Assembly: GCA_002633005.1 (NCBI GenBank)
Contig: NMRA01000012.1
Location: 1,258,564-1,322,563, forward strand
Source: Phoronis australis
Taxonomy: Eukaryota > Animalia > Phoronida
Reading direction: 5' to 3'
Length of the DNA: 64,000 nucleotides
Shown piece by piece: positions 51,841 through 63,680 of the stretch. Under the pieces are notes generated by a model. It had not been told where the DNA came from. It worked only from the letters and a program-made list of their open reading frames with translations, and ran no database searches. The position numbers and the translations under genes were made by a program. The stretch's first letter is position 1. The number at the start of each line of letters is the position of its first letter.

Positions 51841-54800
51841 GTAAGCAGTGCCAAAACTGCTTTGGTCAACATGACATGCATCGCGAATAGCGAGACTGTC
51901 ACAGGTGTACTATTGCCTGTATTCCACCCACGCAATGCATTAGGAAATCAACACTCTGAGACAGATAGGTCGCTGTGAGAATAGATCTAAACACTGATTA
52001 GTTCCTTGAGTTACTGCGTCAGTCGTAAACGAGGCCAGCATAGTCTGTGGTATTCTTTAGAGCATCTATCTTAGCGTTTTACTATGGATTTACCCTATGG
52101 TGTCGTGTAAAGGTCGATCTAGACGCAAAGAATGCGTGGTCGGGAGTGAAGGAGTTGTTAGATGTTGGCAGATTTCAAGGTAGCTGGTTTTACCTGTATG
52201 GTTTTGCCTGAAGAAACACCATTATCCTTTTGCAAATAACATCGTTTTCTCTCAAGTAAATGTTCATGGGAATAGAAAATTGTGAGTGACGGAAGACTGG
52301 CTGCCGTGTAAAAGCCAATATTTTCTGTTTTATTGCTGCAGTCCTAGCGGGATTTCATTAAAAGATTTCAGCCTCCAGTCACCGTCATGTTTTGGCATGT
52401 TCTCTGTTTCACTATATTGAACTGTTGGAAAAACATTTTGTCTGAACCTATGTTAAAGTCTCACCAATTTCAGACAAAAATAATCGCCAAAATTACCTTT
52501 TTCTCATTTTCAATATCTTTTTGCATTGTTGTGACTGCCCAGAAGTTTTCAGATTTTGGTGCCGTGGTATGTCATTCAAAACTTTAGCTTGGTAAAGCAT
52601 AACATTTGATGCTATATCTGGTACGAAAAAAGGAGAAAACATAATTTCAGCTGTCCGCCATACTGTGCCCTAAAGTGATGTGGTTTTGCCATATATAAAC
52701 CTACAACAGGTGGCATAGCCTGCTGCAGCATTTTAAGGCCACATGCAACGTCCTCTTTGAAACCCATTTTCACTCTTTTTTGGATGGAACATTTTGTTTT
52801 AATACTACCAATTCGCATGCTCAGTTTCACACGATAACTCCATGAACCGAGTGCATTTCATTGGTTGCTTCAACGGTAAGATTAACTCGAATGAACATGG
52901 CTTATTCCTGATTGAAGTTTACGACTTCTGACCCAATCATTAGCGCTGCGTGGGACTTTAACCCTGATTAAGTTTGGGTTGAATTCTTAGTTCTTGTCAA
53001 ACTTCTGACTAATTATACTGCATTACCAAATCAAGTTCTTCTGTTTTGAAAAGTATATTCCACACTGGAATTGTTTTGAACAATGCCAGTAGGTGGAGGA
53101 GGTTTCTATGATTTTTACCAACATATATTCTTTATCAGTAAGGATTTAGGCGATCAAATTGTCTTGCTTCTGTTTGTGATCTATATGAGGGGTCCTGTAC
53201 TGTACTCACAGGTGCAGCGATGGTGAATATTCAGGAACGACATTGTGAAGGAACCACATTGACTTCTGATAGACTGCTTGAAAATAATTTCGTTATCAAG
53301 TAAAAAGAAAACGATTACTCCGGATGTATTCAAGTGGTGCAATGCAGGTACCATTTCCCTAAGTGAATTTCTTACCTTGTATTTCTTCTTTTAGCACAAC
53401 TGCCTCCTGGATTTGATTTCTTAGAAGGGAACAGTCATCTTGTAAGTTATGAATGTTGTGATTTAGGCGGAGCTTTCTATTATATTTTGTTGCTGGTTTT
53501 ATGATTTCTTTGTTGGTATATTACGCATGTCTTCTCAAATCCTTGTGCATTAAGCAGGAAACAACGACTCGCTGGTAGAGAACGACTGATGAATTATTCT
53601 CAAACCTCAGTCACCCGCTTTTTTACATTATGGCATGAACACACTTTTGTCATTGATAACGAGACATTATGTCTTAATTAGAGGGGTGACCTCAGTACAC
53701 AGTTTTTCACGCGGTACAATCAATGCTGTGCACAGCCATAGAACATTCCACATGCTATGCATTTTCACACCAACTTACCAACTTACTTGTAGCAGTAATA
53801 GAGCTTTGATTGCAATCGATGTTTCTGCAAACGTACTATCTTTGATGTTGAGACGTACCCGTAAGGTATCCGTTAGCCTTGCTTTTTAATATGAGTTGCT
53901 CTGCCAGCCAGAAATTGCTTTAAAGTATAAAGGTCTTGAAGTCTGCTAACCAGTTAAAATGCATGATGCTTGTGAAACTGTAACATTAATGAGGAGGTTA
54001 AAAGAAAGTATGTAACCGAAATGAAGGCAGCGTCTTCAATTTCACACACATGAATAATTGCCAAAATTTCTTTCATTTCCAAAGATTGAATGTGTATAGG
54101 GTGTTCACATTTTTCTGAAGTTTTGTTTTATGATAGCTGTTCCACACACATTGTGAAGTGAACTTTTTCTTAACTCTATTTTTTCAGAAATTTGGGGAAA
54201 TTGAAATTCCACTTAAATGCCGTATTGTATGCTAAACGCAAGACTGTTCATCATATTCATAACTTACATTATACAAAGTAGCTACTGCAAGTGTTTGCTA
54301 TTTTTGAAGTTGATACACATCAACTTGTCAAAGTAGGGTCTCTCTTTTTGCTTTGAAATGGAAACAAAACTGTACTTTGACTGGATTTGCGCTTTATCCT
54401 TCTGCTCGGTTGTGCCAGCCCTGTTTTTTCTGTGATCTTGGGTTCCGTCTCTGGTTAATTATTTCCTCTGGGTATACAATTGTTCTTCCGGCTCCCAGCC
54501 TCACTCCAGCCGAGTGAGGTTGTGACCTTTTCCGGGTATCAGTTGCACCTCCCCAGGTTGTACTAATGCACAGTTGTTGCGCCCCTCGGCTGTTTTCTCA
54601 CTTGAGCTTACATGAATGAAACACACGTATTATCAGTGGATACAACCAGTTCCCCACTTCAGATGTGTTAGTCGTTCCATCTAAGGTTATCAGAACTGCT
54701 GGTATCTGAACTGTAAGGGCTATTATAGTTTTCTCCGATTAAACACAATTTCTATGGCAAATGTATGTCGACGTTTTTTGGCTCCGTTGTCCTTGTAGGT

Positions 54801-54973
54801 CCAAGGCAGCTGGGCATTTCCATTATTGTTATAACTGTTGTGAAATGTTGAGAAATATGACATTTATGTTTAGTCATTGGTGATAGCAGCCATGAGGTTG
54901 TAGTGTCATAAGAAATGGTTCAAACAAACCGTGGGAATATGCGCTTGGGTACGTTAGTACAATATGAACGTAA

Positions 54974-55217
54974 CTGGTAAAACATCCTTAACTTCGGACA
55001 AAAATAATTGTCAAAATTGGTCTTTTTTCATTTTTCAAAGGCTCTTACATTCTTGTGAACTTTCACAATTTCTCAAAAATATTGTCTTATGAAAATTGTG
55101 GTATAGAACTTACAAATTATAATTTAGAGGTTTTTTGTGTTACGTACATGATAAAGGGCAAGAAGAAAATTCCACTTGTCGGCCATATTGTGTCCTAAGT
55201 TTGTGAGATTTTCCCAT
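54974..55217. mobile_element. pogo/Tc1-like MITE copy
   Basis: ggtaaaacatccttaacttcggacaaaaataatt ... tgtcctaagtttgtgagattttccc. Confidence 0.65.
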
Positions 55218-55568
55218 ATAACTACTCAGCTATTTTGTCACCACAATGTCTCAGTGGGTATTTCACTCAGCTAGGTTTAATCTTAGGTGAGTATTTTGAC
55301 TTTGTGGTACCAGTGGTATCGTCCTAGGTACTTTAAGTGTTTTGGTTTTGTGACGGTAATGTCTTGTGTGGTCGGCAAGAGTTAGTGATGTCATGCATTT
55401 CGTTAGGTTTCTTATCATTTGATGTCATGCATTTTGTTAGGTTTGTTATCATTTGGCTTTGTCTCATACACTGGTTTTCCGATTGTCCAGGTATTGCCAC
55501 GGTCTATAGTTCATATGTATTGTACCTTGCCTGTGAGGTGGAAGTGGACTTCGCTGAAACTTTACTTT

Positions 55569-56018
55569 CCTTTCCCACTAGACACCGATATCGAAGTTTT
55601 CGCTAGATTGCGATTTAGTCATCGGAGTAAACACCAGATGGCGCAGTTCATTCGTACTCTCAAACAAATATTAGAGTGGTGGGTAATAAGAGATAATAAA
55701 TAATAATGAGGAAAAAGAATGACAGAAATAAGAAATAAGAATGATGAACTGAAATGTACCAACGTAAACTGACTCTTCAATAACAAAGAGTCATTAAGTC
55801 TCACTGATCCTATATCGTTGCTGAGACCTCTCCGAATAACTTTGCCGAAGTTTCGCTCCGAGTTTCCCCACTACAATGATGTTTCGTTGAGTACCAAAGC
55901 TTGGCTTTTAAATCCTTCTATTTTCCGCAAAGTTTCACCTGCAGATTAACTATCAGAGTTAACCTTTCCCACATACCGAAACTTCGCTTAAAGCAAAGTT
56001 TCACCTCTAGTGGGAAAA
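55569..56018. mobile_element. Harbinger-like MITE
   Basis: TIRs tttcccactaga / tctagtgggaaa, with internal cgaagttt and tttcccac subrepeats. Related fragment at about 15540-15595. Confidence 0.55.
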
Positions 56019-59000
56019 CACTGTTAGAAAGTAAAAGTAACTTGAATTCAGTCTTCCTGTGCCGGCCAGTCCTTTATTCCTTGTTGTTGCTAGATATTAT
56101 CACAAGATTACATTTTTTTCACCGGGCTTCTCCTCCAGTTGCAAGTGCTCATTTTCTGCTTCCTTGTCTCCATAATATCATTAGAACATTGTTTCATTTT
56201 ATCTACTTTTTGCCTGGTTATGATTTTATATCGTAGTCATCATCAACATAAAAACAGACAATCCAGCATTTTGTCAGGCATTGTGCTTCTTCTAAGATAA
56301 CCCTTCAGGTCAGACAAATAATGCTTCTTGGAATGTTGGTCATATCCTGGAGAAACTCTTGGTTTGTGTGGTCAAAGGCTTTCCATGAATCTAGGAAGTT
56401 GAGAGGATAGAAGTATCTGTGTTCACTTGTTTCTTGGTCAGTTGTGAGATGGTGTCCAGGTAATTCTCATGTCAGTCTGTTGAGAGATTTCTCCTTAATA
56501 CTGGTATTAATCGTTGGTTTGTTAGTGGATAGGTGTCATAAATCTTATTGATTATGCTTTGAAATTGAGAATTTTGAATTTGGATTAATAACTAGCTATA
56601 GGCAGAGTCATGGAATAACATCATATTCACAGCAAGCTTTGAATACAATGAAAGCTGACTGAAAGCTTTCGTTGACAACCTGCTGTCTTAGTCACTCTTT
56701 TTCACGAATTGACTGTAAGATAGCACGGTGTCAGACAACTCTAGTTGATTAAATTCACACTCGGTATGGTGTCTAAGGTAGTAATGCTACACCTTCAGGA
56801 GATAGTAAAGGTCTGCATCCCTATGCAGACACTGGAGTCATTAGTAGATTTCATGAATTTGGAAAAACTGCCTTCTCGTCAGTATGCACAGGGCATCCTA
56901 CCCAGTTGGATCTCTATGCTGGTATGATCGTCACATTCAAAGATGTTCACACTAACTAGGGCTGTTTGTAAAAGGATGCTATTAGCTGATGAACTTTGCA
57001 GAATTGTTTTTCTCTAATCACAACCAAAGCATCTCACCTTTTTGAAGCAATGAAAAATTTTTCAGAAATTATAGAGGTAGGTAGAGAAAATTGATTAATC
57101 CGCAGCTTACCTTACTAACTTTATTTTAAAGCTTACTTGAGCCGTCATTACTGTTTCTAAAAGCCAGCTCAGACACCTACGTGACTGGCATTGTTATGAG
57201 GAGGTGTTTCATATTGATTAATAGAGGTGTGAACATGGGTACTCTTGTGAGATTTCTTCAAAACAGATCACCTTTTCTAGTTTCAGTTAACAAAGTTTAA
57301 TTTTTATATGTATTGTTAACAGAGACATTTTCTGAAAATCTTGTTTGTTATATCCTAAACTTTTGGTATATTGAGCACCAGTTCTTCATCTATTTAGCAG
57401 ACAAATGGCCGACAATTAAAATTTTGTTTTGTCATATTTTTTAAAAAAATAAGAGGTTGAGAAAATTAGTGTTATTAGCACAATAAAACTCTATAGGTAA
57501 AGGTGCTATTATTTGCAGCACTTTAATCAACCTTGGAAAGATGGGAAATTGACACATTTGGCAGTTATAGTTATTTTTGTGTCAAATAATTGGAGAAGTA
57601 TAGCAGTATGAGCTCATGGAGTTAAATTTAAGTGTTTTGTTAACCCTTCCAGTAAAGGTTCTATTTTTAGGAAAATCTTTTTTTTCCATATTCTTCATAC
57701 TTTATACCATTAGTAGTATTTATTACAGTAAATTCTGCTGCAATTTTTGTGCTAAGGAAAGTATTTTCAAATCACAAACTTACTGGTGACAGGACTCATG
57801 GCGCAATTATTACACTTAAGCAAATCTTCCTCTGCTCTTCAGCAGGGGAGGTAGCATTTAGCATGGTGTGTTCAGCTGACATTCCGCCAGCCTGCAGGTC
57901 AAACTGTTCTCAATTAACCCAGAACTTTTACAGACATCTGGTTCCCGTTTGCTCCGTTTATATTTCTCAATTATTTTAGGCTATCCAGTCAAAACTCATT
58001 TGGACAGACTTGCCCTGAGAGCTGGGCTGCAGTTTCCTCATGTGTCTGTGTATAGTGAGTAGAATTGGTAATTCACTCCATTGGTGAGTTTACTCCAGGT
58101 CCTGGCCTTCAGTTACCTCTGCGTGGTTTGCTCTCATTCGATTATACTCCAGGTTGCACTACAAGCGATGAGACTGCTGCCTCCATTGGTGTAGCTGTGT
58201 GCCAGTAACTGTTTCAGATACTGTTCCGTTCTGTTTTGATTCCTGATACTGTACTTCACCTGTGATCTGGTGAGTTGAAATTTCAGCCAACAAGGCTGAA
58301 TCTCGTTGGTTGGGAATTGGTCTTTGACAGAGGATAATGAGGAGTTTTAGTCTTTTACAGAATTCATTCATGCAGTGTTTGTCATATTTGACTCTTAGTT
58401 AGTTCGTGATAGACAGTATAATTAACAGATTATTGTCCCGACATTTCTATGTTGTTGAGGAAATCAGTTGTGTCATGTGTTTGTTTATTTGCGTGTTAAT
58501 GTCCAACATTGACATTAATGAAACATCTTCCCCATGAAAGAGGACAAGCCTATGATAAAATGACTGAATTGTGGGACAGTGCAAGGTATCTTATTCAACA
58601 GATATACCACAGCAGGGCTGACACAGGTTCTCGTAACTTATTTGAAATGTGGCCTGATTCATATTGGGTAATATTTGCTTTGGGATCAGACAAACGGCCG
58701 TTGATTGCTCTGAATGCAGTAATCCAGACAACGCCACGTAATACTTCTAGCGTAGCCTAATTGACCCGACGGACTTTGGCAAAAGTAGTACTAATCGGCG
58801 ATATGTTCGTAGAAATGGCAAATGATCTAATTTACAGTTATTAAAAGGTTTGGTAGTTATCCGGTCTTATGCAAGTCGTGGTCAATAGCTAGTAATGCAG
58901 ATGTCTCAGTATTTATCTCCTTCATTTTGTTCTCAATGCACAGAGCTAGAGTGGTATTGCTGTTATGTCTGACATGCTTTTTTTACTGAAATTGTTGCCC

Positions 59001-60021
59001 TTTCATGCTCTGTGAGGCTAAAACCTCATGGCGCCACATCCTTGCGACTTGTAAATCGAAATTTATTAGAGGAACAGAGCATTTACTGTTTTGAAAGAAC
59101 AAGTTTGCCTGGTCGTCCGTTTGTACTATAACATCTGGACCTTTGATTGGTCAATGCACACATGCTGGGATTGTTGTTTTGATAATAATGTTGTCAAATC
59201 ATAAGAAGTGCTTGACCAGTTTGATAGTTTTTGTCAAATTACTACAAGACCAATGAAGCGTAAGTCCAACTAGTAATAAATTGTTTGATAATATTGTCAA
59301 ATAAAATCAACAAGACTGCGTGCCATATCAGGAAGTATCAAATAAATGTTGGGAGGATCAAGAAATAGTACAACCTGAAACAAATGTACCCACTTTTCTT
59401 GAAGCTAAGTGACTACTGTTTTCCAAGTTTGGGACAATAATACGGTATTATCGACTTGGGAGGTAGACAGTAGTGTGTCACTGGTGAGGATGCAGAGAGT
59501 GTTCAGGGTTCCCTTCCTGTCCCCTCTCAGTTATTTGGACTGTGTTAGATCCAGAAGGGACGGAACCTTTTTGCTCTCTAATTTTTTCATCGCTACATTG
59601 GAGAAATCTTCAGTCACCCTTGAAACTCATGTCTATTACTATGAATATGGGTTTTAGTTTGAACTGGGTTTTCCTTTTCATAGACTACATACCATCCATT
59701 TATTTTAAGTGGTATTTGTACTTACTAATTATTTTTTGTCTGGCTAATATGAAATTTCATCCATTACCTCCTCTGCACTGGCTGTGTATTTTTGGTACAA
59801 GACAGAAGTTTTTATGTGTCACTCAATGCATGATATTTACGACTGGTCGCATTCCTGCCATAGTCATTAAACCATGTGACCTTGGGTGCAGACAATACAA
59901 ACTTTGCTGATGTGATGGGTGGATGGCTGGATCAACTTCTTTCAGGAGCAATGTTGCGTAATTGCTGGGGGCAGGGGAGTGTGGTACAGTTTGGTCTCTG
60001 TTTTTTCTAGCCATGAGCTGG

Positions 60022-60250
60022 TACGGTAAAATCTCATCAATTTTGAACAGACGTTATTATCAAAATTGTTCTTTTTTCATTTCCCAAGGTCTAACGTTGT
60101 GAATAGTCGTGTTTTTTCTAGCATCTGATGGTGGCTGTGCTTCAGAACTTGAACATGAAAAGCATTAATTTGGCACGGCATGTCTGAAGAGTAATAAAAC
60201 AAGATTTCACTTGATGGCCATGTTATGTGCAAATTGGTGATATTACCACA
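60022..60250. mobile_element. pogo/Tc1-like MITE copy
   Basis: tacggtaaaatctcatcaatttt ... aaattggtgatattacc. Confidence 0.65.
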
Positions 60251-60950
60251 ATGTGATGATTGTTGCGACTCAATGTGAATACTTCACTATGGTCAGAACA
60301 CCATCCCAGCTTAACCCCTCTTTTGTTTGATGTTAGTGGCATAATACCATATGGGATTAAGTGGGTAGAATTTCTTTATTTTTGTTGGAAGACTGATTAC
60401 CCAAAAGAAAACTTCCATTTAATGTTTTCTAAAGGCAATGTCATACCTGCTATAATATTTTCATGAAATGGGCAGAAATGAGAGTGAGAAATGATTTACT
60501 TAGGCCAAAAATGCCTCGATTACAACACTTTTTAGATAGGGTAACTTACTCAAATATGCACATCACTTAGACGGTTTCCACTTAGTTTGCCAGGTTTTCA
60601 AGATCGTACTGAGAACTGTGTACCTTGGTATGACAAAGCTCTTGGGACACACATCTAGGATACTTCATGTAGCCTTGCAATAGTCAGAATTCCACCATGT
60701 GGTGTTTACTGACAGCCGTGTCTAAATATGCTAAAATGATGTTTTCAAAATTTATTTTGGCGAGAAATTTAAGATAACAAAATTTCCCTTTTATTATAGT
60801 TTAAATTAAACTGACATGAGGTCTTAGGGTTGTTATTTTCTCTGAATGTCAGTTGAAGAATTCAGTTTATGTACTGGAGCATGACGCTCAACAATGAAAG
60901 CTAGTTACAGTTTCATTTCCTCGTTTTCTTCCTAAAATTAGAGCTTTAAT

Positions 60951-61072
60951 GGGGCGTAGGCACACATAGGCGCATCCAACCACCTTTTGGCATTTGAACG
61001 TAACGCCTACGCACGGTAAGTTACGTTCAGTGCTCAAGGTGGTACGGTGGGCTTTGGGCGCCTACCTACCTC
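60951..61072. repeat. Small hairpin / mini-MITE
   Basis: accacctt..tgaacgtaac (60979-61004) pairs with gttacgttca..aaggtggt (61020-61043). Outer pair taggcgc / gcgccta. Confidence 0.65.
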
Positions 61073-61522
61073 TTATTTTACCACTACAGCACTGCCTAAA
61101 AGACATGCATAACCATAAACACCTCCATGTGCAAGTTCTGTACCATAGCTCTGAGCATCAAACCTTATTTTGAAGTATTGTGGGCATACTAATATTGTTA
61201 GAAAACCTTGAAAACTGGAAAAGGAAATTTTGGAAATTGCTTTTGTCCAAAATTAGTGAGGCTTTACCGTGTTTTCATTGGGTACCAAAATTCGAAGAGT
61301 TAAAAGAGTTAGATCATGTGGACACCCTTTTACGAAGAGGTTGCCATTTTATTTCAAACTAGTTCTTGAAGTCTGCTTGTAATGGTCAGTACCTGTATCC
61401 ACCAATGTACAGAGAAACAGGTGATGGGTTATTTCTAGAACTCTGCTGATCTGCTTTAGGTATTTGACCTAATGCCATACTCTTCATAAGTAGACTTAAT
61501 TCCAATGTTTTTTTGATCTGTT

Positions 61523-61756
61523 TCATTTTAATGCAGGCATAGAATAGGGCTGTTCCAAATTACACGGCGATAAAACTCTCCTTTGTCCTGGAGATAAGAA
61601 AGCCTGTGACCTAGTTTCGGAAATCAGGCACATTTTCATGTCTCTCACTGATCTCGGAAAGGCGAAAAATTTCAGTTCACGAATACACGTGTCCAGTTTA
61701 TCAAACTTTTTCATATAGAAGTTGCAGCCCACAGCACAGCAGTTCTTAGTTGGCAT
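61523..61756 (-). pseudogene. Decayed THAP-domain fragment (transposon-derived)
   Basis: MPTKNCCAVGCN...LKFFAFPR matches the THAP N-terminal CxxxxC and FP motifs. The C-terminal CxxHF is lost. Confidence 0.6.
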
Positions 61757-62376
61757 TGAAAGGACAAATACAGTAATGCAACCAAGAAAAACTTGTAAAG
61801 AATCGGACAACAACTATTAACATGTCTGACGAATGTATACGGTATTGTGGATCAATACAGCGAGATTCGAGTGTCGCTGTGTAATCCGGGATGGCCCTAT
61901 TGGAGGTGTTCAGTTCTGTTTAACTCCATCAGTTGCAGTCTGCCTCTAATGTTTCTGTAGATGTTTTTTAACACTTTTATGTTAGGTCATTGTATTCTTT
62001 TCAGACCTCACCCAAAACACAATTTTTGACTAGTTCAAGTCAAAACTGAACTTTGTAGTAATTTGAGGAGTGTATAGGATGTCCTATTTTCTAATTGTCT
62101 GCTACATTTTTTAATGTGTTGCGATGGACATTGAATTAACAAATCTTGCTCTGTGCAGAGCAGAGTTTTGTGGAGTAAAGTGTTTGTTTTTCAGAAAGAG
62201 ACGTAAGGTTTTGTGAACTGTTGGATGAGTGTTTCCCTATGAGCGGGAACTTGCCTACCTTCAGCTAGAGCATGGTAATTTCCGGGAGATAAGAACATGT
62301 GACCAGTGTGAAACAATAAGAACTTCTCCCTTGTTATGACCTAAAATGAACCGCCCGAGGGCCGTGTTCACCTGTA

Positions 62377-62479
62377 TTCTAACTGACCTCGTTTTTTGTT
62401 TCTTTTCTAGGTAAGTCCTCAGCCACCAGACCTTGATTATAAGACTCAGACTGAATAATTATACGGATCTCAGGTAATG
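62377..62479 (+). other. Candidate recursive splice site (3'ss/5'ss fusion TAG|GTAAGT) with a 63-nt stop-containing exon at 62411-62473
   Basis: Branch point TTCTAAC at 62377-62383 and pyrimidine tract 62387-62408. TAG ends at 62410 and is immediately followed by GTAAGT. Second donor CAG|GTAATG at 62473/62474. Confidence 0.6.
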
Positions 62480-62771
62480 AATCTGATCATTTCCTTTTTG
62501 CTCCGGTGGTAGGGTATAGTTGTGTTGGAGATTATGGAAGAAGGGAGGGAGAGAAAATTATGGTGTGATATCTGTGGTATGATGTCTTCATGTGTGTGTT
62601 TGTGTGTTTGTGTGTGTTGAGGTGTATGTGATGTTATGTTTTTCGTCAGGTTGAAGATTGATGAACTAAGGCAGCATACTCTTGGTTAAACGTACATGCC
62701 AGCCACAGTCTCTGCATTTATGAACAACTCTGTCCAAGTAGTATGATTATAATGCCTTGTTGAATGCAAAT

Positions 62772-63340
62772 AACCGAGCACCACGTCTACGGGGTATTCT
62801 CAGTGAGTATCCAGCACCACATTTACGGGGTATTGAGAGCGAGTAAACAGCACCTGACTTTTGCAGAATATCATTATTAAGTAAACCGCACCATATTGAC
62901 AGAGTATCATTATTAAGTACACCGCACCATGATTTCAGAGTATCATTATTAAGTAACCAGCACTTTGTTTTACTAAGTATTATTAGTGAGTAAATGGTAC
63001 TACATTTGCAGCATCTTATTTACAGAGTATTGTGAACAGCACCTTGTTAACAGAGTATTGTTACTAAGTAAAGAGCGCGGTTTACAGAGTATTGTCATTG
63101 AGTAAACATTACCATATTTACTAAGTATTTTAATGAATCAATAGCACCGCATTTGTAGGGTACTGTCCATGAGTAAATTGTACCGCATTTTCAGAGTACT
63201 GTGATTAAACAGGAACACGTTTACGGATTATTTTCAATGAATAAATGTTACCACATTTGTAGAGTGAGTAGCACCGTATTTGCAAAGTATTGTTGATGAG
63301 TTTATAGCACCATGTTTATAGATTGTTTTAATGGGTAAAA
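62772..63340. repeat. Degenerate minisatellite, unit about 33 bp (agtaaacagcaccatatttacagagtattgttatt-like)
   Basis: Recurring agta..gcacc...ttt.cagagtat motif, roughly 15-17 units. Confidence 0.85.
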
Positions 63341-63354
63341 AATGTAATGTTTAT

Positions 63355-63580
63355 CAGTGGCGGATCTAGGATATCACAAGGGGGGGCCCAACATTTTGTC
63401 CAGCTGTAAGCATTTGTGCAAATCACGATTGTAGATGCGTATAGCACCGAATGGGGGGAGGTCGGAAGGGGGGCGAACCCCCGCCCAGGAAATTTATCTG
63501 TTTTTTCCTCTAAAAATCAAGCCTTTTCCTTGATTCCTGAAGTATTATCCAAGAAAAAAAAAGCAAAAAAAAAAACAAAA
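63355..63580 (+). mobile_element. hAT-like element left end
   Basis: CAGTGGCGGATCTAGG followed by G-runs (ggggggggccc, ggggggaggtcggaaggggg), a typical hAT MITE head. No right end was seen. Confidence 0.55.
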
Positions 63581-63610
63581 ACACAGGGAACGTGTCAAAC
63601 AGGAAAAACT

Positions 63611-63680
63611 GCAAGTTCCACAGACTCTAACTCACGACCTGGCGGATAGAGCGCGCGTGCTTTACCACTACACCACCACG
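63611..63680 (-). pseudogene. tRNA-derived sequence / SINE head
   Basis: The minus strand reads gtggtggtgtagtggtaaagcacgcgcgct...ggtcgtgagttagagtc: an A box and a mutated B box. Confidence 0.55.

Noticed and set aside
53212-53346. Possible internal coding exon (cag|gtgcagcgatg...gcag|gtacca)
   Set aside because: There is an in-frame TAA in the phase-1 frame and early stops in the other frames. The splice sites are mediocre.
456-63649. Most ORFs in the supplied six-frame track
   Set aside because: They are short, often start at non-ATG codons, have low-complexity or intron-like composition and show no recognisable domains. This is expected by chance in intronic DNA. Only the THAP, KolX-like and signal-peptide segments were kept.
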